Shown here: positions 51,701 through 61,155 of the stretch, piece after piece | How the letters are laid out: the number at the start of each line of letters is the position of its first letter | Position numbering within the stretch: position 1 is the stretch's first letter | NCBI GenBank assembly: GCA_963737155.1 | Contig: CAVTRN010000002.1 | Span: 1,536,001 to 1,600,000, forward strand | Direction: 5' to 3' | Source of the DNA: Nitrospirota bacterium | GTDB lineage: Bacteria; Nitrospirota; UBA9217 | Length of the DNA: 64,000 nt | Notes under the pieces: model-generated | What the model was told of the DNA's origin: nothing | Seen by the model: the letters and a program-made list of their open reading frames with translations, nothing else | The model's database searches: none | Position numbers and translations under genes: made by a program

Positions 51701-53392
51701 ATCAATGCGCGAATCGTGATTTCGAAAGATCCCGATGCCCATTTGATTCTCCTTGCCATTGAAGACGTCACCAGGCGCAGGCAGGCCGAGGACGCGCTTC
51801 GGGAAAGCGGAAAGCGGTATCGCTCTTTGTTCGAGAACATGCTCAGCGGTTTTGCTTACTGCAAAATGCTTTTCGAGGATGGCCGGCCGGAGGACTTCAC
51901 CTATCTTGAGGTAAAGAGCGCTTTCGAAAAGCTGACGGGGCTGAAGAACGTTGCCGGGAAAAAGGTCAGCGAAGTAATTCCCGGCATAAGGGAGTCTAAT
52001 CCCGTTTTGTTCGAGATTTGCGGTAGGGTTGCGCTGACCGGCAAACCGGAGAGCTTCGAGCTCTATCTGGAGCCCCTGGCAGCATGGTTTATCATATCGG
52101 TCTACAGTACGGAACAAGGATATTTTGTCGTAGTGTTCGAAAACATCACCGAGCACAAGCGGGCTGAGAGTAGTACCCAAGCTAGGCTCCGGATGCTGTC
52201 AATGGCCGCGTCCTCCTCCGTGTTCCGGGATGAAATTCTTCAGAAGATGCTCGACGAGATCGAAAAGCAGACGGGCAGTACGATTGGTTTTTACCATTTT
52301 TTGGATGCTGACCAGGAAACACTCTCTCTTCAGGCTTGGTCTACTGATACACTGCGGAACATGTGCACCGCGGAAGGCAGAGGCAGTCATTACAATATCT
52401 CCCAGGCGGGCGTGTGGGCGGATTGCGTTCGCGAGCGGGGTCCAGTCATCCATAACGACTATGCTTCTCTGGCGAACCGCAAGGGATTGCCGCCAGGGCA
52501 TGCCGCGGTTCAACGGGAAATGGTCGTGCCCATTCTGCGGGGCGGCCGGATTACGGCGATCATCGGCGTCGGAAACAAGCCGACCGACTATAATGCTGCC
52601 GACGTTGAAATCGCCCAGTCTCTGGGACAGCTTTCCTGGGAAATTTTCGAACGCACACGGGCCGTGGAGGAGCTTCAAGCAACGCATGCCGAAATTGAGC
52701 TGCGGTCGCAGGAGCTCGCGGCGACTAACCAGGAACTGGAAGCCTTCAGCTATTCCGTGTCCCACGACCTGCGCGGCCCTCTGCACAGGATATTGGGGTT
52801 CACCGACCTCATGCTCGAAGGCTATGCGGACAAACTTGACGACGAAGGAAAAAATCATCTTGACCGTGTAATAAAGAACGCAAAAAAGATGAACCAGATC
52901 ATGGACGACCTCCTGCATCTTTCGCGGCTTTCACGACTTGAGATGCAGCGACAGGACATCGACCTGAGCAAAATTGGGGTGTCGGTTGTGAAGGAGCTTC
53001 GCGAGGCGCAGCCGGACCGCAGTGCCGTTGTCGATATTAAAGAAGGCATTACAGCGTTTGCCGATGCAAAGTTGATCGAGGTTGCACTTTCAAATCTGCT
53101 TGGCAACGCATGGAAGTTCACCTCGAAAACAGAAAATGCCCACATCGAATTCGGAACGTTCGAACGGGACGGAAAGACCGTCTATTATGTGAAGGACAAT
53201 GGAGCTGGCTTCGATCAAAGTTTCTCCGAAAAGCTGTTTTTGCCCTTCCAGCGCCTACACGCGGATCAGGAGTTCGGGGGAACGGGGATCGGCCTGGCAA
53301 TCGTCGAGCGGGTGATCCGCCGGCACGGCGGCAAGATATGGGCTGAGGGCGAGCCGGGAAAGGGAGCAATGTTTTCCTTTACGTTGCAGTAA
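48713..53392 (+). CDS. CheB-CheR fusion with coiled coil, PAS domains, GAF and histidine kinase
   Basis: CheB GASAGG, VQHL, GSDG. CheR INVTSFFR, GCSTGEE, ISCRNL. EELQSxNEEL coil. SHDLRGPL, NAWKF, DNGAG, GTGIGL. Confidence 0.95.
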   Translation: MAKKNSPDGRSSRAAKKGLKVKKSPLPAKPVRARPSGSSSKLTPSLAIESQHAEQDRSKEKSFPLVGIGASAGGLEAFTKLLKTLPPDTGMAFVLVQHLAPTKDSILTELLSKATSMSVLEVQDGMLVEPDHVYVIPPNKLMAVYHGKLLLQPRAEPHTQHMPVDSFFRSLAEDQAQNAVGIILSGTGSDGSLGIRAIKAEGGIVFAQDEKSAKYDGMPKSAVATGSVDYILPPEEIAAELARISRRLFVILHASLKTGPLVPADDLNRIFMLIRTATGVDFTYYKQATIVRRIHRRMLLHKMDALEQYVRYLQETPPEVGILYQDILINVTSFFREPETFNTLKNVVFPRILENRSSDTPLRIWIPGCSTGEEAYSFAMCFSEFCDERGVSYPVQFFASDIDETAIEKARQGLYPDNIVQDVSPERLSRYFTRTEHGYQINKAIREQCVFARQNLIKDPPFSKMDLISCRNLMIYFGSMLQKKVLPILHYALNPSGYLMLGKSESIGEFANLFSLVDKNGRIYSKKTSSSELRFDGERVHVREIAYKKEKKVEEHATGGTDIQKEADSIILDRYSPAGLVINEEMDIIQFRGNVSPYLKPQPGKASLNLMKMAGESLALELRVLIRQVHGKDVAVRKDGIKVRHNNIVTTMNIEVIAFKPRGSQERLFLVIFEDTATPTVRDSKTRGKAPVKTKGRPEEDQVAVAERELAATQQHLKSIITEHEASTEELKALNEEVQSSNEELQSINEELETSKEELQSTNEELSTVNDELRSRNEEIMQSNSDILNVLSGIDIPILLVGNKMQIRRFNPAAAKALNLIASDIGRPIFDIRTNINVPDLETLIHDVIDSLTIREKEVQDTQGRWYSMTIRPYKTVDNRIDGALVTFEDINDLKQGMLRIKDARDYAEAIVETVREPLIILSKDMRVITANRAYYRNFEVTPDATENKSFYDLQNGVWNIPRLRELLDDILVQNTVFNDFEVAYEAAGVVTRFLLINARIVISKDPDAHLILLAIEDVTRRRQAEDALRESGKRYRSLFENMLSGFAYCKMLFEDGRPEDFTYLEVKSAFEKLTGLKNVAGKKVSEVIPGIRESNPVLFEICGRVALTGKPESFELYLEPLAAWFIISVYSTEQGYFVVVFENITEHKRAESSTQARLRMLSMAASSSVFRDEILQKMLDEIEKQTGSTIGFYHFLDADQETLSLQAWSTDTLRNMCTAEGRGSHYNISQAGVWADCVRERGPVIHNDYASLANRKGLPPGHAAVQREMVVPILRGGRITAIIGVGNKPTDYNAADVEIAQSLGQLSWEIFERTRAVEELQATHAEIELRSQELAATNQELEAFSYSVSHDLRGPLHRILGFTDLMLEGYADKLDDEGKNHLDRVIKNAKKMNQIMDDLLHLSRLSRLEMQRQDIDLSKIGVSVVKELREAQPDRSAVVDIKEGITAFADAKLIEVALSNLLGNAWKFTSKTENAHIEFGTFERDGKTVYYVKDNGAGFDQSFSEKLFLPFQRLHADQEFGGTGIGLAIVERVIRRHGGKIWAEGEPGKGAMFSFTLQ

Positions 53393-53479
53393 ACATTGTT
53401 TCAGGTTTGTAGTTTATGGGATACGAAACTTGGTTTAAGGTTTAAGATTTGCGCCGATCTGATGTTGATTTTTGAACAT

Positions 53480-53777
53480 CTACAGGTGGAGCACGATTTC
53501 ACCGGAAACTATCGTGCAGCGGGAGGGGTAAAGAGCCACCGAAAAAGTTGGATAGGAAAATGTTGCCGTGGGGAACGGTTCGTGAATCATCACCTCAATC
53601 CCCAATTCCTCCCTTACTTCACGCTTCAGGCATTCCGAAGCAGTTTCGCCCTCATTAATCTTTCCGCCGGGAAACTCCCATTTTAAAGGCAGGCTCATGT
53701 GCTCGCTCCTTTGAACTGCGAGGACTTTTCCGTTTTGCTCAATTATGGCGCAGGCCACACGTAAGGATTTTATGTTT
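53480..53777 (-). pseudogene. MutT/NudG-like Nudix hydrolase, truncated
   Basis: WEFPGGKINEGETASECLKREVREELGI Nudix box. No clean start and the C-terminus is missing. Confidence 0.7.
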
Positions 53778-53925
53778 TCCTGGAAGAACAGGATTCCGCT
53801 TTCGCTAAATAGCGATCGCCTATGCCTCGCTTTTTTTAAAGGTCCTTGAATGGTTAATGTTGCCTCAACCGGGCATTGCGAATCAAAAAAGCTCCGGACG
53901 GTTGGCTGGCGGATGGGGTTCCAGC

Positions 53926-54504
53926 TTAGTGATCCTGTGCCTTGCCCGCGGCGAAAGCCTTCCGGTTTACTTCGAGAACCTCTATCGGAACATTGTTCAC
54001 AATGGCATCGGTGATGACCGATTCTTTCAGGGGAAGATACTTCAAAGCAGCGCCCAGAAGCACGAGATTGAGCGTGCGTTTATCTCCCACACCGATGGCG
54101 AGCTGTGTACCGTCAAAGGACATCACGGTCCTCATGCGGCTCCTGATCACTTCATTGACGTCCGCAGGATATTTTTCCGCGGCAATGGAAACACCGATCG
54201 TGCCGATCGCCCGCGTGTTGTATATGACTGCGCCGTCATCCTTCAGACAATGAAGATACCGGGCTGTTTCGAGCGGCTCGAACCCAATCAGCAGGTCCGC
54301 CTCGCCTTCGTTCACAAGGGGCGAGTAGACCTTGTCTCCGAATCGTACCTGCGAAAGCACGCTGCCGCCGCGCTGAGCCATACCGTGCACTTCGCTCTGC
54401 TTCACATCGAGGCCTTCAAGGAGCGCCGCCTCGGCGATTATCTTGCTCGTCAACAGTACACCCTGTCCGCCGACGCCGCTGATCAGTATATTGAAAACAT
54501 CCAC
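53926..54504 (-). CDS. iorB: indolepyruvate:ferredoxin oxidoreductase beta subunit
   Basis: GVGGQG, SEVHGMAQRGGSV. Confidence 0.95.
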   Translation of the reverse strand: MDVFNILISGVGGQGVLLTSKIIAEAALLEGLDVKQSEVHGMAQRGGSVLSQVRFGDKVYSPLVNEGEADLLIGFEPLETARYLHCLKDDGAVIYNTRAIGTIGVSIAAEKYPADVNEVIRSRMRTVMSFDGTQLAIGVGDKRTLNLVLLGAALKYLPLKESVITDAIVNNVPIEVLEVNRKAFAAGKAQDH

Positions 54505-54654
54505 GTCTCTTCTCTCAATTCAGTGATAAGCCGCAACTTTTATGAAATGCGCGCTGAAAAAGGTTGGGACGAGTAGCAAGGAAATCTAGCAGCTTTGGCA
54601 CATGCCGTTTTCAATGTTTCTTCTCCCTGCTCTAGGCTTTTTGCTACTAGCTTT

Positions 54655-56403
54655 CTACTCCTCGGTCTTCATGCACCCAGTAGTGCAGAGTTGTGAACAG
54701 ATCCCGCAGCCGCTGCAAAGGAGCGAATCGATTTCTACGTACCCCATCTTCCCTTCTGAAATGAAGGACAGAGCGATACATCCCGCCTTGAGGCAGAGCA
54801 TGCAGCCCTTGCAGTCCTTTTTTTCAACAGCGTACGCTTTCTTCGAAACACGGTATCGTAGTACGCAGGGCTGGTTCGAAATAAGCACCGATGGCCCCGC
54901 CACCGCAAGCTCCTCGCTTATGATATTTTCAAGTTCTTTAATTTTGTAGGTATCGATTTCACGCACTCGCCGGACACCGATTGCCTGGCAGAGCTTTGCG
55001 ATATCGAGGCGCGGTGCCTCTCGTCCCTTTGCTGTTCTGCCTGTTCCGGCGTGCTCCTGCCCGCCGGTCATGCCCGTAGTAGCGTTGTGCATAATAATCA
55101 CGACGGCGTCGCCGCCGTTATAAACCATGTTCGCCAGGCCCGTGATGCCGGAGTGCAGGAAGGTGGAGTCTCCAATCACAGCCACGGGTTTCTGGCGAGT
55201 GCCCTGGAGAGCAAGACCCCTGGCCATACCATGCGCGGCGGATATGCTGGCACCCATACAGATGCAGGTATGCATAGCGGAAAAAGGCGGGAGAGCGCCC
55301 AGCGTATAGCACCCGATGTCGCCAGACACATAGACCTTGAGCCTTGCGAGTACGGTGTACAGGCCCCGGTGAGAACACCCGGGGCAGAACGTGGGTGGAC
55401 GCACGAGCAGCCCACCCACAGGTTCCTTCGCCGGCAGCACGCTGCCCGAAACCTTCTCGCGAATCAGGCGCTGATTGAATTCTCCGCACAACGGCAGCTT
55501 GTTCTTACCAATATGGACCGTAATGCCCAGTGCCTTGATCTGCTCCTCGAGAAAGGGGTCAAGCTCTTCCACCACGACAAGCCTGGCCACCGAGGCAGCG
55601 AATTTTGCAATTAGCTTGTCCGGAAGCGGGAAGGTCATACCGAGCTTGAGCACCGCTGCCTTCGGGAAGGCTTCACGCACGTACTGGAATGATATCCCGG
55701 AGGTGATAAAACCTACATCCCGGTCGCCGTCAATGATCTGATGCAGCGCTGAGGTCTCAGCCCACTCCTTGAGGCGGAGGATACGTTCCTCGACCACTAC
55801 ATGCCGCTTTTTGGCGTTGCTCGGAAGCATCACATATTTGCCGAAGTCGCAGGCAAGACCGCGGCCTGCCGGTAACTCGGGAGTTACCATTTCCACCACG
55901 CTCTTGCAGTGAGAGATTCTGGTCGTCGTGCGCAGGATAACCGGCGTGTCAAAGGACTCGGACAGTTCGAAAGCGGTCTTAATAAACTGCTTTGCCTCAG
56001 CGGAGTCCGACGGTTCGAGGCAGGGTATTTTGCCGAGCCGTGCAAAGTGGCGCGTATCCTGTTCGTTCTGGGAGCTGAACATCCCCGGGTCGTCGGCTGC
56101 CATGAGCACCAATCCCGCGTTGACGCCCGTATATGCCACGGTCATGAGCGGATCGGAAGCCACATTCACGCCCACATGCTTCATGCACGCCATCGAGCGA
56201 ACGCCGGAGAGGCTGCCGCCGATTGCCACTTCCATGGCCACCTTCTCGTTCACGGACCACTCGGCATGGATGTCCTTGACTTCTGAAAGTATTTCGAGCA
56301 CCTCGGTGCTCGGTGTGCCGGGATACGCCGTTGCGAGTCTGCCCCCCGCTTCGAGGAAACCCCGGGCGATTGCTTCGTTACCGGAAAGAATTGCTTTTTC
56401 CAA
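54655..56403 (-). CDS. iorA: indolepyruvate:ferredoxin oxidoreductase alpha subunit
   Basis: GNEAIARG, YPGTPSTE, MKHVG, CPGCSHR, GDIGC, GDSTF, C-terminal ferredoxin. Likely TTG start at 56403 after GGAG. Confidence 0.95.
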   Translation of the reverse strand: MEKAILSGNEAIARGFLEAGGRLATAYPGTPSTEVLEILSEVKDIHAEWSVNEKVAMEVAIGGSLSGVRSMACMKHVGVNVASDPLMTVAYTGVNAGLVLMAADDPGMFSSQNEQDTRHFARLGKIPCLEPSDSAEAKQFIKTAFELSESFDTPVILRTTTRISHCKSVVEMVTPELPAGRGLACDFGKYVMLPSNAKKRHVVVEERILRLKEWAETSALHQIIDGDRDVGFITSGISFQYVREAFPKAAVLKLGMTFPLPDKLIAKFAASVARLVVVEELDPFLEEQIKALGITVHIGKNKLPLCGEFNQRLIREKVSGSVLPAKEPVGGLLVRPPTFCPGCSHRGLYTVLARLKVYVSGDIGCYTLGALPPFSAMHTCICMGASISAAHGMARGLALQGTRQKPVAVIGDSTFLHSGITGLANMVYNGGDAVVIIMHNATTGMTGGQEHAGTGRTAKGREAPRLDIAKLCQAIGVRRVREIDTYKIKELENIISEELAVAGPSVLISNQPCVLRYRVSKKAYAVEKKDCKGCMLCLKAGCIALSFISEGKMGYVEIDSLLCSGCGICSQLCTTGCMKTEE

Positions 56404-56523
56404 AATCACTCCCAAACTGAAAGATGTATCATACTGGACATGGAAAAACAAAAGTTGAGATATAATGGTTGATGCTGTTCCCCTACCTCTTACTAATTGA
56501 CCCTTTTGCTATTTTTCCTTGTT

Positions 56524-57867
56524 TTACTTGAGTCGGTTGTCGATAACGCGCTTGGACTTGCCTTCACTGCGCTGAATGGAATTCGGTGGCCTGAGTGATA
56601 CCTCGGTGTTCACGCCGATAATATCCTTAATGTTTTTCTGGATCTCGCGCTTGAGATGGATGAGATCCTCTTCCTCCTGGGCAAAGGCTTTCAAGTCAGT
56701 AGACAACACCTTCGTTGCCATTTCATCCATAAACTTCGGCGTCACTTCCACATGAACATTCATCTCGTCGAGGCGGCCTTTTCGAGTCACCTCGATGACA
56801 TAGTGCGGCGCCACCTCCTCTGAGCGGAGCAGCACCGATTCAACCTGCGATGGGAACACATTCACACCGCGGATAATGAGCATGTCGTCGGCCCGTCCAC
56901 GCACCCGTTTCATACGCACCAAGGTTCTACCGCAGATGCAGGGTTCGGGGTCCAGACTCGTGATGTCGCCGGTACGGTAGCGGATGAGCGGCATAGCTTC
57001 CCGGGACATGCTCGTTATCACGAGCTCGCCTTCCTGGCCGTACGGCAGCCGATCGCCCGTCTCGGGGCTGACAATCTCGGGATAGAAGTGGTCCTCGTTA
57101 AAATGCAGACCGTTCTGCGCCTCGATGCATTCAGACGATACGCCCGGCCCGATGATTTCCGAGAGACCATAGATGTCGATGGCCTTGATCCGCAGCCGTT
57201 CTTCAACTTCGTGCCGCATCTCATCGGTCCAAGGCTCGGCGCCGAAGAGGCCGACACGTAGCTTGATCGTATCAAGGTTGATTTTCATTTCGCAGGCGAC
57301 ATCATAAATATAAAGAGCGAAAGACGGAGTTGAGCAGATCACCGTGCTCCCGAAGTCCTGAAGCAGCAGAATCTGTTTTTGCGTATTCCCGCCGGAAATC
57401 GGGATGACCGATGCGCCCACTCGCTCTGCGCCATAGTGTGCGCCGAGACCGCCGGTGAACAGACCGTATCCGTATGCGTTCTGGACCACGTCCTTTTTCG
57501 TAACACCGGCAGAGGTAAAGGTTCGGGCCATTACAGCAGCCCAAAGGTTGATGTCATTCCGATTGTAGGCAACCACGGTGGGTTTGCCAGTCGTGCCAGA
57601 TGAGGCATGGATTCGCACGATGTTTTCAAGGGGCTCGGCAAAAAGACCGTAGGGGTAGTTGTCACGCAAATCAGATTTCTTCGTGAAGGGTAGCTTTGTG
57701 ACGTCTTCAATACCACTGATGTCCGAGGGTTTTACGTTCTTTTCGTCGAACTTCTTTTTGTAAAAGGGCACGAGGGAATAGACCCGCACGCAAACATTCT
57801 TCAAGCGTTCACCCTGCAGCTTGCTTAAGTCTTGTCGTGACAGGGATTCTTCTGGACTCCAGGGCAT
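56524..57867 (-). CDS. paaK: phenylacetate--CoA ligase
   Basis: [48 protein letters not shown]. Confidence 0.95.
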   Translation of the reverse strand: MPWSPEESLSRQDLSKLQGERLKNVCVRVYSLVPFYKKKFDEKNVKPSDISGIEDVTKLPFTKKSDLRDNYPYGLFAEPLENIVRIHASSGTTGKPTVVAYNRNDINLWAAVMARTFTSAGVTKKDVVQNAYGYGLFTGGLGAHYGAERVGASVIPISGGNTQKQILLLQDFGSTVICSTPSFALYIYDVACEMKINLDTIKLRVGLFGAEPWTDEMRHEVEERLRIKAIDIYGLSEIIGPGVSSECIEAQNGLHFNEDHFYPEIVSPETGDRLPYGQEGELVITSMSREAMPLIRYRTGDITSLDPEPCICGRTLVRMKRVRGRADDMLIIRGVNVFPSQVESVLLRSEEVAPHYVIEVTRKGRLDEMNVHVEVTPKFMDEMATKVLSTDLKAFAQEEEDLIHLKREIQKNIKDIIGVNTEVSLRPPNSIQRSEGKSKRVIDNRLK

Positions 57868-58045
57868 ACGCGTCTCCTCAGGGCAAGGATTCGACCGGGA
57901 AAGGTTGTTAATTCATTGAGAAGCGCCGGTTATTATAAAACAGTATGCATTGTTTTGTAAATAAAATTCATATTATCTCTTGAGCGGGAATGCAAGATTT
58001 TGCTATAATGTTGGCACATTGTATAAGCAAGGGAAAGAATGATCT

Positions 58046-58451
58046 ATGGATACTATGAAGAAATTTGTTGATGCGGACAATTTTGCAAAACTTGTCGGTG
58101 TGGAGATCCTTGAATATTCCCCCGGAAAGGCAAAGGCCTGGATGATGCTTCAACAGCATCACCTAAACAGCGCCGGCACTGGCCATGGGGGGCATTTTCT
58201 CGCTTGCCGACGCGGTCTTCTCCGTGGCTTCAAACTCCCACGGTACCCTCGCTATGGCGATCAACGTGGGTATTTCGTTCTTCAAAGCAATGAAGAGCGG
58301 GGTCCTCGTCGCTGAAGGCTGGGAAGTGTCATTCAACCCCAAGCTAGCCACCTACCTGATTGATGTGAAGGATGATGCCGGCAATGCAGTCGCCCTGTTC
58401 TAAGGCACGGTATATCGGAAGAAGGATACAATCGCCGATATCTTAAAATGA
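58046..58451 (+). pseudogene. paaI: PaaI-family thioesterase with a frameshift and premature stop
   Basis: HLNSAGT.HGG / IFSLAD split near 58185. In-frame TAA at 58401 before GTVYRK. Confidence 0.8.
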
Positions 58452-58525
58452 TATCGCCATCGCAAAACTGACATGGATAAGACATCATTATGGCCAATAG
58501 AACAGGGGGCAAGCTTGAACATATT

Positions 58526-58583
58526 GTAGCTCGTCGGGTTCATGACCTCAAGGTCGTAAGTTCAAATTCAGCCCCCACTACCA
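58526..58583 (+). pseudogene. degenerate tRNA-fMet (3' part)
   Basis: GTAGCTCGTCGGGTTCATGACCTCAAGGTCGTAAGTTCAAATTCAGCCCCCACTACCA aligns to bacterial initiator tRNA (CAT anticodon, TTCAAAT loop, CCA) with broken stems. Confidence 0.75.
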
Positions 58584-58593
58584 AATTTAGCAA

Positions 58594-58619
58594 GGGGTTA
58601 CAGCATTTGCCGTAACCCC
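58594..58619 (+). terminator. hairpin downstream of the tRNA remnant
   Basis: GGGGTTAC-N10-GTAACCCC inverted repeat, without a clear U tract. Confidence 0.5.
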
Positions 58620-58750
58620 CGGTATGAATAAAAAGCATAACGAGGTGAAACTCAGGTCGCCCTATGGGCTTCCTCCGGCTCACCTGCTCTTTTTAAAATA
58701 ACCAAAAGTGGGATGATTGCCCCATATCGTCTCAAATATCAATCGCTCAG

Positions 58751-58801
58751 GGTGGTCAAAATTCGGTTATCGCAGGTGGTCAATTTTCGGTGGCTTTTTC
58801 G
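58751..58801. mobile_element. IS21-like terminal repeat remnant
   Basis: Tandem GGTGGTCAA(A/T)(A/T)TTCGGT repeats 24 bp apart, as seen at IS21-family ends. Confidence 0.5.
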
Positions 58802-58804
58802 AAT

Positions 58805-58979
58805 TATGTCTATACACGCTTTCTCTGGCGATAAGGAAGGAAGCAAGGATGCAGAAGCACTCTTCGTTAAGGTTGCCAGAGGAAATGGTATGGACAACAC
58901 CGACCTCGACACTTGCATTGAAGAGGGGCTGTTCGAGGAAGGTGACTATCAGATTTTCTTTGTTCAATCTGAGGATTAA
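58805..58979 (+). CDS. small acidic hypothetical protein (possibly a remnant)
   Basis: Protein-like composition MSIHAFSGDKEGSKDAEALF..EEGDYQIFFV. No family recognised. Confidence 0.3.
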
Positions 58980-59269
58980 TAGCTCCTCATTTACTTAGTA
59001 CCTGTCTTATTCACTATATTACGCCCTATTATTTTGCGTTCCCATACTCTACCTTTAGTTGGAGTGCCGGTTCTTCTGGCAAAAAATTGTTTACCAGCAG
59101 ATAAACCGCTTGCTCTTTTCCTGTTCCATGAAAAGCCAAATTTAGCGCCCATATTATACCCCGCTTTCCTCGCTTTTCTAAACTTACTTAAATTATATCA
59201 GAATTGGAAAGGGGCTAGAGGGAACGGTTTGCAAAAGTTTTCATTACCTCCCCTGAGCGTCGCCCGAAC

Positions 59270-59420
59270 ACCGGGAATGCTTTCGGACGAGTGGATGCTC
59301 ATTGGGAGAGGAGGACACCGGTTTTGGCGGACGCATCGATCTCCTGGCCATTGCACCTGATGGTTCGCTTGTACTTATTGAACTAAAGCGCGACCGTACG
59401 CCACGCGAAGTAGCCCAACC
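59270..59420 (+). pseudogene. NucS-like PD-(D/E)xK endonuclease fragment
   Basis: EWMLIGR / EDTGFGGRIDLLAIAPDGSLVLIELKRDRTPREV across a frameshift. Confidence 0.7.
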
Positions 59421-59533
59421 CCAAAATCATCGGGAGCACGGCCTTTATAACAGAAATCACTTCGTCATGAAGTAGCCCGCTCGTTTCACGCAATAACAAT
59501 GTACGTACGGGGCAGACAGTCCACCAAGACTGA

Positions 59534-60355
59534 GTGAATTACCCCGCAGCAAGCTGCGGGGCATCGGAACTTGAAACCTTAAAAAAGCACAACAAAGAAG
59601 CTGAAGACTTATCCTGGCTTCGCCAGGATGTCCTTTTCATCGTATGCCAGGCATGACGCATTGTATTTTTAGTACGGGCCGATCAGATATGGTGTCTGAA
59701 CGGTGACTCGGAGGTGCAAGTCCTCTACGGGCCTTGATGGAAGGAACCGTTAGCCGAACAGCAAGGGTGTCCGGGGCGACCCGGAATCTGAAGGAAGCTG
59801 TAAGCAAAGTCCCGGCCTGACGAACAGAAACCGCATATGAGGCAGCCACATCTGGGCGAGAGGGCGATAATACTCAAAGCCCGATAACCATCCAGAAGGT
59901 GTGGAAGTAGATGCGGCGGGTATATGGGATGAAGGTCATGCGTCTTACCCTGGGAGATCTATCGATTTGCCTTGTGCTATCGATGCCGTAAGGTGTTGAG
60001 ATGAATCGACAGAAGTCAGCAGAGGCGGTAGTAGTCCAGCAACCAACTGGATGAAGCGCCGAACATGGTAGGCTGGGAAGGTGCCGAAGCCCCGACGAAC
60101 GAAGGAGACGCACACAAGAAGGCTGAGATGCCGGAGGACTCCCGGATGGTAGCGGGCGGAACCCGTCAGAGTACGGAGAGGGAGCGCCAAGCGTTCGCGG
60201 CGACAGAGGAGAACACTAAACCGCAAGTCGTAAAACTTGGACTTGATTAGTCTACCATGAACCGCCGTATACGGAACCGTACGTACGGTGGTGTGGGAGG
60301 ACGGCGGGGGCGACCCCGCCTCCTACCCGATCCAGCAGCAAGCTGCTGGGTATTT
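59534..60355 (+). mobile_element. IS200/IS605-type miniature palindrome-ended element, interrupted by a group II intron
   Basis: Left end GTGAATTACCCCGCAGCAAGCTGCGGGGCATC. Right end TTCATC|CCAGCAGCAAGCTGCTGGGTATT is split by the intron. About 130 bp without the intron. Confidence 0.6.
59642..60331 (+). ncRNA. ORF-less group II intron, class IIC-like
   Basis: 5' GTATGCCAGGCATG, internal CAGAAGTCAGCAGAGG, short domain V GAACCGCCGTATACGGAACCGTACGTACGGTGGTGTGGGAGG, domain VI ..CCTCCTACCCGAT. Inserted just after the hairpin ATCCTGGC-TTC-GCCAGGAT. Confidence 0.88.
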
Positions 60356-60627
60356 CAGGACTGTTTTATAAACATTATCGCGTTACCAAGCAATTGCGCT
60401 GCGATACAACTTTCATCGTAGATATGCCCTTCCTGTCTCCTTTTATCCCTTTGTTGTTCTGTTTTCTTGTAGTTTGTTCCTGTTTCCCTGGAACGGGTGG
60501 TATACTTTTAGTTACGAATATGTTTTGGCAGCTGGCCAGACATGGCAGGTTTAAAAGCATGCCTGAAAGTATGAAGTAGTTCTCTCAACCCTTTCGAATA
60601 CAGTGACGGAAGAAAGGAGTAACGATC

Positions 60628-61155
60628 ATGAAAGAAGAACTAACAGATAGGAAAGGCTCGATTCTGATGCCGGTTCTGGCAGGCAGTGTCCTAGGGGCCG
60701 GGTTAGCGCTCTTGCTGGCGCCGAAATCGGGAAGCGAGACCAGGAAAGACCTGAAGCGGTTCGCCGATCGGTTCTCACAGGCCATTGAGATAGGCAAGGA
60801 CCTCTATGGAGAAAGCAGAATGTTTGTGAACAAAGCCGTGGAAGCCGGCAAGAAGGCCTATGTGGAGGAAAAGCCCCTAGATCTCTCTAACAACAAGGGG
60901 CGCACACTCCTGATCCCGATCCTGTCGAGCGGTATCATCGGGGCAGGCATTGCGCTTCTACTGACGCCGAAATCGGGAAGCGAGACAAGGGAGAACCTGA
61001 AGCGGTTCGCATCGAGCACACGGGAGCAGGTTGTTTCCGCCATTGACAAGGGCAAGGATCTCTACGAGGCAGGCAAAGGAGCGATAACGGAGGCCGTGAA
61101 AGTTGGCAAGAAAGCGTACGGCGAAAGTAAAGGGGAGCTTGGGGAGGCGGTGTAA
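60628..61155 (+). CDS. YtxH-like protein with two tandem domains
   Basis: GAG(L/I)ALLL(A/T)PKSGSETR..LKRFA occurs twice. Confidence 0.9.
   Translation: MKEELTDRKGSILMPVLAGSVLGAGLALLLAPKSGSETRKDLKRFADRFSQAIEIGKDLYGESRMFVNKAVEAGKKAYVEEKPLDLSNNKGRTLLIPILSSGIIGAGIALLLTPKSGSETRENLKRFASSTREQVVSAIDKGKDLYEAGKGAITEAVKVGKKAYGESKGELGEAV

Noticed and set aside
49064-52180. 330-aa and 356-aa antisense ORFs within the CheBR kinase
   Set aside because: Shadow ORFs of a GC3-rich gene with no motifs
58010-58030. Sigma-54 promoter TTGGCAC upstream of paaI
   Set aside because: The GG to GC spacing is 12 nt rather than the required 10
58501-58583. Functional tRNA-Met
   Set aside because: The anticodon and T stems are mismatched and the 5' acceptor/D region does not fit, so it is reported only as a remnant
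60065-60250. 61-aa ORF as an independent gene
   Set aside because: It lies in intron domain IV and looks like fused ends of the deleted RT
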